A stretch of 32,000 bases of DNA. It comes from Cylindrospermopsis raciborskii Cr2010. Lineage in GTDB: Bacteria > Cyanobacteriota > Cyanobacteriia > Cyanobacteriales > Nostocaceae. The position numbers and the translations under genes were made by a program. The notes beneath the pieces were generated by a model that searched no databases, was not told the DNA's origin, and saw only the letters and a list, made by a program, of their open reading frames with translations. Positions 25,698-32,000 of the stretch are shown here, in pieces (position 1 is the stretch's first letter; the number at the start of each line of letters is the position of its first letter). The DNA lies in NCBI RefSeq assembly GCF_003367075.2, contig NZ_CP065936.1:750001-782000 (forward strand), given 5' to 3'.

Positions 25698-26234
25698 TCA
25701 CCGGGATATTAATTCCACAAAATAGCTCAACTCTGGTGTAGAAAGGTGAGGAACCTTAGCCTGATCATCATAAATTCTTAGTTTTACTGCATCTTGAGCC
25801 AAAGGTTGGCGAATAAACTCTTCTGCTTCTTGAGGAGAAAAAATGCCTCCTTGCAGTTGTAAACTGCGTTGGGAAGCAGGGGAAAGACCTTGCCAATATT
25901 GGGAATCAACCGCACAAAGATAACGTTTAGCCACAACATGTAATCTAATGGGTTCTGTTACCTCTAGACTAAAAATTTGACCAAGAAAGGGAATAGCCCG
26001 ATATTCGTGTTTATCATCTACACCTTGTGCAGCAGGATCATCTCCTAAATTATGAATTAAATGTCCTAAATCGTGAAGCAAACAGGCGGTAATTAACTCC
26101 CTAGTCTCACCAGCTTGCAGAGCTAAATTAGCAGTTTGGAGTGCATGTTCTAACTGGGTAACTGCTTCTGCTCCGTACATTTTTGACCCTTTGTGGTCGA
26201 ATAAATGACAAATTTCGTCAATGGTAAATTTCAT
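25698..26234 (-). CDS. phosphonate-operon-associated HD-domain protein (PhnZ-like putative di-iron oxygenase/phosphohydrolase)
   Basis: 'YGAEAVTQLEHALQTANLALQAG....ITACLLHDLGHL', then 'DDKHEY' and 'RLHVVAKRYL'. This is the HD-superfamily pattern shared with PhnZ and the phn-operon HD family. Confidence 0.8.
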   Translation of the reverse strand: MKFTIDEICHLFDHKGSKMYGAEAVTQLEHALQTANLALQAGETRELITACLLHDLGHLIHNLGDDPAAQGVDDKHEYRAIPFLGQIFSLEVTEPIRLHVVAKRYLCAVDSQYWQGLSPASQRSLQLQGGIFSPQEAEEFIRQPLAQDAVKLRIYDDQAKVPHLSTPELSYFVELISR

Positions 26235-26304
26235 GGTTTTTTGAGAGGATAGTGGACAACTTGTTTTCCCAATACGTAAACAGATACAATAGCAGAGAGT
26301 AGAG

Positions 26305-26769
26305 CTATCTATGTTGTTTAATATCTGGTTGAACTACACAGTTAAAGCTCCAACCATGTTGTTCAAATCCTAATGACTGATAAAACCTATGAGCATTATC
26401 ACGCTTTAAGTTGGAAGATAAAGTAACCTTATAACAACCTGCTGCTGCACTCTGCTCCAGGGCAAATCTAACCATTTCTGTGCCAATCCCCTGACCTCTA
26501 AGAGAGGAGATAACTGTGACTGCATCCAATATGGCAAATCTATGATAACCAGGATGCATCATTGTCGGTACATACAGAAGACTAAATGTCCCCACTGGTT
26601 CATAGTCTAATTCCGCAAGGTAGATATGGTAATTGGGGATCTGACTAATTTCTGTGAAAATCTCTTGCACTCGATGGTCAGCTAGGGGAGCTTTTTGATC
26701 CATATCAGCATATAACTGATTTAATATTGACCAATCCTGAGAATCAGTTAGGCGAATTTTCAGTTTCAT
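26305..26769 (-). CDS. GNAT family N-acetyltransferase (PhnO-like by context)
   Basis: GNAT motif A 'LRGQGIGTEMVRFAL' and 'AHRFYQSLGF'. ATG 26769 overlaps the phnH stop (ATGA). The track N-terminal extension lies inside phnH. Confidence 0.8.
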   Translation of the reverse strand: MKLKIRLTDSQDWSILNQLYADMDQKAPLADHRVQEIFTEISQIPNYHIYLAELDYEPVGTFSLLYVPTMMHPGYHRFAILDAVTVISSLRGQGIGTEMVRFALEQSAAAGCYKVTLSSNLKRDNAHRFYQSLGFEQHGWSFNCVVQPDIKQHR

Positions 26770-27353
26770 GAGTGTTTTGCAGTTCTGGGTAGTCCCATTA
26801 CGGAATCTTCTGTAAATAGAAAAACATCTATTCCCAGAGGATAAAGCGGATAATTCTGTTCCCAGAATTCCCAAAAAGTGCTAGTAATGCTAGGTGCTAT
26901 GGTTTTAGGTGATAAATTTCCTGGACCTGTTAAGGTGATAGATTTTCCGCCATTAAAACTTGCTATCTGTATCAGCAAGGTTGTGGAATCTTCCGGTTTT
27001 TCCGCTGTTCCTGGGTTAAAAACAGATAATTCCGCCATAGATGCCAAGTCTTGAATTAAGGCAAAGTCCGCTTGCTGTGGGTCTGGTGTTAGTTGACACC
27101 CAGTGTGAAACAACAACCAATTTCTCACTGAGGAAGAGAATGTGGGTTGTATCCACAGTTTGACATCTAAATCCAACAGAGTCAGACAAGCTGCACCGCA
27201 AGCTGGCGTTAACCCCTGAGGGACTTTAATCTGGACATGGATTTTTTCAGGTTTTCCTGGTTGTGCATCAGCACATAGCAAAGCGCGAAATGTTTGCTGG
27301 GCATCATGGACAGGATCAGAAAACCCCGGTATTTGAGTAAGTATGTTTGACAT
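26766..27353 (-). CDS. phnH: C-P lyase core complex subunit PhnH
   Basis: 'DPVHDAQQTFRALL.A...PG', 'TLLIQIASFNGG..ITLTGPG', 'YPLGIDVFLFTEDSVMGLPRT' parallel E. coli PhnH. Confidence 0.88.
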   Translation of the reverse strand: MSNILTQIPGFSDPVHDAQQTFRALLCADAQPGKPEKIHVQIKVPQGLTPACGAACLTLLDLDVKLWIQPTFSSSVRNWLLFHTGCQLTPDPQQADFALIQDLASMAELSVFNPGTAEKPEDSTTLLIQIASFNGGKSITLTGPGNLSPKTIAPSITSTFWEFWEQNYPLYPLGIDVFLFTEDSVMGLPRTAKHS

Positions 27354-27370
27354 TCATGACAAGATTGTGT

Positions 27371-27405
27371 TTTAAACTATTTTTAACCTATCTAGACATC
27401 TAGAC
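27371..27405. promoter_or_regulatory. phnH/phnF divergent control region: two Pho-box-like 8-mers at 11-bp phasing, then tandem ATCTAGAC ATCTAGAC (HutC/PhnF-type operator candidate)
   Basis: TTTAAACT (27371-27378) and TTTAACCT (27382-27389). ATCTAGAC at 27390-27397 and again at 27398-27405, each containing the TCTAGA palindrome. Confidence 0.4.
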
Positions 27406-27458
27406 AAAAGATAAATTAACAGATTTTTGAGTAAATAGCAATAGGATAGATATAAAAT

Positions 27459-28202
27459 ATGAGAGAAATTATTCCCATTTACAATCAGATTGCCCATCAA
27501 CTGCGGGAAAAGATTTTACAAGGGGTTTTTAGTGCAGGGGAACAACTACCTACCGAAACAAACTTAGCACAACAGTTTAGAGTAAATCGGCATACTATTA
27601 GACAAGCCATTGGTTTATTAAAAAATGAAGGATGGATAAGAGTAGAGAGGGGGAGAGGAACCTTTGTAGCTGCTAGGACAATTCGTTATCCTATTGGTAA
27701 GAGAGTGCGTTACACTCAAACTCTTAAAGCCCAGGGTTGGCAAGCTCAGTTTGAGTTATTACGTATTTTAGAGATATCAGCAGATATAGCAATATCCAAA
27801 GGGTTAGAAATTGGTTTTGGGGAGAGAGTAGCCCTCGTTGAACGTTTAGGTTTTGCTAATGACCAACCCATTAGTGTATGTAGTGGATATTTTCCATTAA
27901 AAAGGTTCCCAGACTTTTTTGAACCCAGCCATCTTCAGATTTTAGAGACAGAGAAATCCATATCAAGGTTTTTGTATCAGGTGTATGGATGTGACCATAT
28001 TCGACGCAGTACAGCTGTTTCTGCTCGGTTAGTGCAACCGCAAGATGCCATTTTGTTGCAACTCTCCGATAATCAACCTATTCTGTTGGCTGAGTCTGTG
28101 AATGTGGATCAAGGTGGTAATGTAATTGAATATGGGGTAACTCGATTCCGGGGCGATCGCATGGAGTTATTTTTTCAAAATGATTTAACTCAATATCATT
28201 AG
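27459..28202 (+). CDS. phnF: GntR/HutC-family transcriptional regulator with UTRA domain (phosphonate regulator PhnF-like)
   Basis: N-terminal wHTH 'LPTETNLAQQFRVNRHTIRQAIGLLKNEGWIRVERGRGTFV' followed by a UTRA-like C-terminal half. Divergent from the phn operon. Confidence 0.85.
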   Translation: MREIIPIYNQIAHQLREKILQGVFSAGEQLPTETNLAQQFRVNRHTIRQAIGLLKNEGWIRVERGRGTFVAARTIRYPIGKRVRYTQTLKAQGWQAQFELLRILEISADIAISKGLEIGFGERVALVERLGFANDQPISVCSGYFPLKRFPDFFEPSHLQILETEKSISRFLYQVYGCDHIRRSTAVSARLVQPQDAILLQLSDNQPILLAESVNVDQGGNVIEYGVTRFRGDRMELFFQNDLTQYH

Positions 28203-28244
28203 AATTACCCAACCGATTACTACTGAAGTCATTAACTAGATAGT

Positions 28245-28544
28245 TTGGCAGAGCGCTTACGGGAAGAGCGAGTTAAAGCCATTATTCAACCCATGTTAGC
28301 TGGATTGGACTTACCAGATACCCCAGAGGATGATCGCCGTTTCTCGCTAGATTTAGGCTTGGTAAAGCGCATTCCCCTGGGCAGAATGACCTAATCCTAT
28401 TTACCAGGAAGTGATTCCTCGTGTTTTGTCCCAGGGTAGTCAGGACAGTCTAACCCAAATTCAACCCACTTGGTTAAACACTGACAAGTGATTTTCGATC
28501 GCCGTCCCGGGTTACCACCCATGGGTGATTATCGTAATTCGTAG
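28245..28544 (+). pseudogene. degraded remnant of an AAA-ATPase-like / PD-(D/E)XK (PDDEXK_9-type) gene
   Basis: Three pieces in three frames: 'LAERLREERVKAIIQPMLAGLDLPDTPEDDRRFSLDLGLVKR', then 'NPIYQEVIPRVLSQGSQDSLTQIQPTWLNTD', then 'VIFDRRPGLPPM'. They are separated by stops and frameshifts. The N-terminal ATPase part and an internal segment are missing. Confidence 0.65.
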
Positions 28545-28661
28545 TTAGGGCGATCGCTAAGTAACTAAGTATAAAAAAGGCTTTGGGTGCTACTCCCAAT
28601 CTTGAACTCTTTCAAATTATCTGATGTTAGAGGGTTAGTGTCCCCTCTCCCCTGGTCCCCC

Positions 28662-30389
28662 CTAAGCTGGATAAATCCTCAACCTCCTATTTGGTTCTTC
28701 CCCAAAACTATGGGACTTCAATCGATAATGCTCCACTAACTCATGCTGCATCTTACGCACATGGGCAGAACGAGGTAACAACTCTACTGGTTGACCTTTA
28801 GGAATGACAATTTGTTCAACTGCTAATCTCGCCTCCTCTAAAGCGTCAATTTCATCATCACTACCCTCATGCAATAGTAGTTGTAATTCACAATCCTCTC
28901 CCAAATCCAGATCATCCATATTCAATAATCTTCTCAACCCACGACTAATTTGGGGAATAGCACTGGATTTAATCACATGTATGGGTAAATGACGAGACTT
29001 AGCTAATTGCCTGAGTTTTACCTGATTTTTAACATGGGAGCGCAAAGCTAAAATTGCATCCGCTCCATCAATATCCTTTGTTAAAGCAACAGGTAACTTC
29101 AACACCTCAATTACATGTTCCAACTGATGACGACTCACTCCATAAGGATAAACATGCAAAGGTAAATCTTCCCCATTTGGACCTGCTGATCTAATTTTGC
29201 CTAGGTTAAAACTGTCACCCTGGTGAAAAGACTCATCCAACAACCGGTCAAACTCACTGGATGTTCCCCGTTCTCTCTCCGGAGACAAAGGGGGTAAAGC
29301 TACCATATGACCAGAAGCACGCCAACCATTTACCTGTTTGATGGGTAAAGACTCTTCTTCACTTGCTAAACCACTTCCATAACCATTCACCAGTGTTAAT
29401 GGTCGAGCAATGGAAACTTTCCCCTGTTCGTCCACCGTTCGCGTTTGAGGATTGGGTTGGCGTCCTCTTAATAAAGCATCAACCGTATCAGCCACGCTTT
29501 CGTGTACCACCCAACGCTCCCGCTCTAACATTTCCACAGCAATTTCAAAGGTAGGGGGCGCTTTCCTTTCCAGTACGGTTTTTTGGGATCTACGTCTTCT
29601 AGCTTCGTCATCTCCTAGAGTTACTGCTTGAATACCACCCACCAAATCCGAAAGAGTCGGGTTTTTAATTAGGTTCTCAATTTGATTTCCGTGAGCAGTA
29701 CCCACTAATTGTACCCCTCTCTCCGCAATTGTCCGTGATGCTAGAGCCTCCAACTCCGTACCAATCTCATCTATAATTATCACCTCTGGCATGTGGTTTT
29801 CCACAGCCTCAATCATTACCTGATGTTGTAATTCCGGTCTAGCTACCTGCATTCTTCGAGCGCGACCAATGGCTGGATGGGCTATGTCACCATCTCCAGC
29901 AATTTCATTGGAAGTGTCAATAATAATTACTCTCTTATGCAGATCATCGGCTAATACACGGGCAATTTCCCGCAAAGCTGTTGTTTTACCAACCCCTGGA
30001 CGACCTAGCATGAGGATTGATTTACCCGTTTCTACTAAATCTCGGATCATCCCAATAGTACCAAATATGGCTCGACCTACACGGCAAGTTAAGCCAATAA
30101 TTTTACCATTGCGGTTGCGTATGGCACTGATACGATGTAAAGTTTGCTCGATACCAGCTCGATTATCTCCGCCAAAATTTCCTACTCGTTGAATACAATC
30201 ATCTATTTGGGACTGGGTAACGGGGGACTGACTTAAATACTCAGCAGTACCCGGAAACCGAGCTTCTGGGAGACGCCCTAAATCCAACACCACTTCTACT
30301 AAATTATCCCTTTGGGGATGATCTTGCAGCTGTTTTTCCAGGTCTTGGGGTAAAATTTCCAGTAACTTTTGCAGGTCTGTAATCGTCAT
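28662..30389 (-). CDS. ycf45: Ycf45-like (SpoIIIAA-type) AAA ATPase with C-terminal R3H nucleic-acid-binding region
   Basis: 'GRPGVGKTTALREIARVL', 'VIIIDTSNEIAGDG' and 'EVIIIDEIGT' are typical of cyanobacterial/plastid Ycf45. A long C-terminal extension is present. ATG 30389 (MTITDLQKLL) avoids overlap with ldpA. Confidence 0.8.
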   Translation of the reverse strand: MTITDLQKLLEILPQDLEKQLQDHPQRDNLVEVVLDLGRLPEARFPGTAEYLSQSPVTQSQIDDCIQRVGNFGGDNRAGIEQTLHRISAIRNRNGKIIGLTCRVGRAIFGTIGMIRDLVETGKSILMLGRPGVGKTTALREIARVLADDLHKRVIIIDTSNEIAGDGDIAHPAIGRARRMQVARPELQHQVMIEAVENHMPEVIIIDEIGTELEALASRTIAERGVQLVGTAHGNQIENLIKNPTLSDLVGGIQAVTLGDDEARRRRSQKTVLERKAPPTFEIAVEMLERERWVVHESVADTVDALLRGRQPNPQTRTVDEQGKVSIARPLTLVNGYGSGLASEEESLPIKQVNGWRASGHMVALPPLSPERERGTSSEFDRLLDESFHQGDSFNLGKIRSAGPNGEDLPLHVYPYGVSRHQLEHVIEVLKLPVALTKDIDGADAILALRSHVKNQVKLRQLAKSRHLPIHVIKSSAIPQISRGLRRLLNMDDLDLGEDCELQLLLHEGSDDEIDALEEARLAVEQIVIPKGQPVELLPRSAHVRKMQHELVEHYRLKSHSFGEEPNRRLRIYPA

Positions 30390-30432
30390 GCTTTCTATGG
30401 TGGTGACGTTTTTAGAGATAACAAATGAGCTA

Positions 30433-31554
30433 TTAGAGATCTGACTGTGACTTGATTTGAGATACCAGAGAGCTGGCAAGTTTTACTGCTTGCCAGAGCA
30501 GTTCTGGTTCATCCTCTAGCCGTTGACTTTTTCTTAGACTGGTGTTTACCTCCCAACTTTCTAACTGGTCAATCACTGGTGACAGCAATACCCGGGCATA
30601 GCTTCCATAAGCAACACCCGCAAGTTGACCCGGGGAATTCTCTAATTTTCCATTCCCTAATATCCCCAGGGTCTTTAATTTGGAAGCGGTATAGTTATTA
30701 GTACCGCCTGCCAACTGCACATGTCCCGGTAAGTTTGCTGCTAAAACTTTTTGTCCTAATTTTATCGCAGCTATGGTAGTACCATCCCCTATATCCCCAC
30801 TCATAGATCTGCCATCTGTCTGCCAAATTAAAACTTGTGGAAGAGGTACTATCAGATTATAAACTGATTTTAAGTAGTCAATTAAACCCTCTCCATCATT
30901 GCAACTGATGGCTAATAACTTTAATTTATTTGCCCAGGGGGCTATTTTCGACCACAAGTCCTCAAACTCTGGCAAACGTCCCACTTTTGTATGAATTTCA
31001 ATGGCATCTATTCCCGTGGACATGATCAAGGGTAGAATTGCTCCTAGAGGTGATAAATGAGAGACTGTGTCAATTATCCCATAAGGACAAATGGGGACAC
31101 AACGTCCACACCCGTAACATTTTTCTGCAATAATTCCTGAAGAACTATCTTTTTGATTGTTAATTTGACTATTAAATACTATAGCCTGAGCAGGACATAT
31201 TTTCTCACAAGGTTTGGAACAATTGTCTGGACAGTCTCTGGGATTGAATTTAGCTTTTCTAAAGTGTGGATCTTCACCGTCGTTGAGACTAACCATTAAT
31301 AAGGGTAAGTTCCCTTGCCAGTTAAATCCTTTTGCTTGTGTTTCTTTTACAAGGGTTTTAGCAACTGAAAAGGCCTGTTTAACCACATCAATTACAGCCG
31401 GATCAGCAGCAACATCTATACAGTCTGCACCTGCTAGGGTGTAAGCCAAGGTTAAACTCCTAACTGATGGTAAATGTTGGAAACTGGCACCACAAATCAG
31501 TTTGAACCAGTTACTTTGTCTAAGGGATCGTAAGGGGGCTAATAGTTCGTTCAT
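30433..31554 (-). CDS. ldpA: light-dependent period protein LdpA-like 4Fe-4S protein
   Basis: 'WFKLICGASFQHLPSVRSLTLAYTLAGADCIDVAADPAV' plus two ferredoxin-type Cys clusters ('CPDNCSKPCEKICP', 'CYGCGRCVPICP'). Start taken as ATG 31554. The track TTG 31620 overlaps lepB. Confidence 0.7.
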   Translation of the reverse strand: MNELLAPLRSLRQSNWFKLICGASFQHLPSVRSLTLAYTLAGADCIDVAADPAVIDVVKQAFSVAKTLVKETQAKGFNWQGNLPLLMVSLNDGEDPHFRKAKFNPRDCPDNCSKPCEKICPAQAIVFNSQINNQKDSSSGIIAEKCYGCGRCVPICPYGIIDTVSHLSPLGAILPLIMSTGIDAIEIHTKVGRLPEFEDLWSKIAPWANKLKLLAISCNDGEGLIDYLKSVYNLIVPLPQVLIWQTDGRSMSGDIGDGTTIAAIKLGQKVLAANLPGHVQLAGGTNNYTASKLKTLGILGNGKLENSPGQLAGVAYGSYARVLLSPVIDQLESWEVNTSLRKSQRLEDEPELLWQAVKLASSLVSQIKSQSDL

Positions 31555-31576
31555 TCGAGCCAGGGTGAGAAACTGG

Positions 31577-32000
31577 TCATTCTTGGGTCGGGTATAGGGG
31601 AGGTGAGTCAATGCCACCAATCTTGTTCAAAGGCCAGAAACGAATTACGGCACGTCCAATAATTTTTTCTCTTGGCACAAGTCCCCAACAACGTCCATCA
31701 TAACTGCTGGGACGATTATCACCTAAAACTAAATAGGAGTTGGGTGGTATGGTTTGTGGTTGGGATAAGAAGGGACGCTGCGAAGTGGTTGTACACACAT
31801 CAATACCTGTGCGCACGGTGGGAAATAAATATTTTTCTTCGGCCAGAGATTTATTGTTAATATAGACTTTGCCATTCTTTAATTCTACCCTTTCACCCGG
31901 TAGACCAATAATGCGCTTGATGAAGGCATCATGGAATTGTTCCTTTTGTAGTTCATCTGTGGGGGAAAATACAACAATATCCCCCCGTTCAGGAGGAGAA
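31577..32000 (-). CDS. lepB: signal peptidase I (partial; 5' end beyond the right edge)
   Basis: The frame is open to the window edge: '...PERGDIVVF...FIKRIIGLPGE...GDNRPSSYDGRCWGLVPREKIIGRAVIRFWP'. These correspond to SPase I boxes B, D and E. Confidence 0.9.
   Translation of the reverse strand, partial: SPPERGDIVVFSPTDELQKEQFHDAFIKRIIGLPGERVELKNGKVYINNKSLAEEKYLFPTVRTGIDVCTTTSQRPFLSQPQTIPPNSYLVLGDNRPSSYDGRCWGLVPREKIIGRAVIRFWPLNKIGGIDSPPLYPTQE

Noticed and set aside
28804-30192. Plus-strand ORFs 28804-28992, 29363-29554 and 29869-30192; also 31214-31444 and 31672-31860
   Set aside because: They are antisense to ycf45-like, ldpA and lepB respectively, and have Ser/Pro/Arg-rich shadow-frame composition.

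Overview
AT-rich chromosomal segment that looks like a filamentous, Nostocales-type cyanobacterium. Support: many HIP1 GCGATCGC palindromes, Nostoc-style short dispersed hairpin repeats, and psbA, ldpA and ycf45-like gene content. No rRNA, tRNA, CRISPR array, transposase or integrase was recognised by eye.

Layout:
- Left core block (1-12.4 kb): GH116 glucosylceramidase-like hydrolase and a divergent fatty-acid-hydroxylase/sterol-desaturase membrane protein; two small conserved ORFs; PEP carboxylase (ppc); a translationally abutted pair of a 900-aa membrane protein (three N-terminal domain repeats, one TM segment, SGNH/DUF1574-like C-terminus) and an AlgI/DltB-type MBOAT O-acyltransferase.
- Mosaic accessory patch (12.4-20.5 kb): an AbiEii-type nucleotidyltransferase with an extra N-terminal domain and no AbiEi partner; a 5'-truncated psbA (D1) remnant that keeps its terminator; a Uma2 (DUF820) endonuclease plus a 52-bp fragment of a second Uma2 copy; a cbiMNQO ECF cobalt transporter whose cbiQ has one in-frame TAG; a tightly coupled pair of a STAND/AAA-like P-loop NTPase and a 151-aa alpha/beta-domain protein. 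Two inverted copies of a ~46-bp dispersed repeat bracket this patch.
- C-P lyase locus (20.5-28.2 kb): gene order phnH, GNAT, HD-domain (PhnZ-like) protein, then phnG-I-J-K-L-M, with divergent phnF. The shared intergenic region carries Pho-box-like and tandem ATCTAGAC motifs.
- Right block (28.2-32 kb): a degraded AAA/PD-(D/E)XK pseudogene, a ycf45-like R3H ATPase, ldpA, and a partial signal peptidase I.

Best candidates for something undescribed: the NTPase plus small-domain cassette; the triple-repeat/SGNH/MBOAT acylation pair; the fused AbiEii variant; the rearranged phn operon that combines C-P lyase with an orphan HD oxygenase-like gene.

All homology calls come from motif recognition by eye. 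No searches were run.
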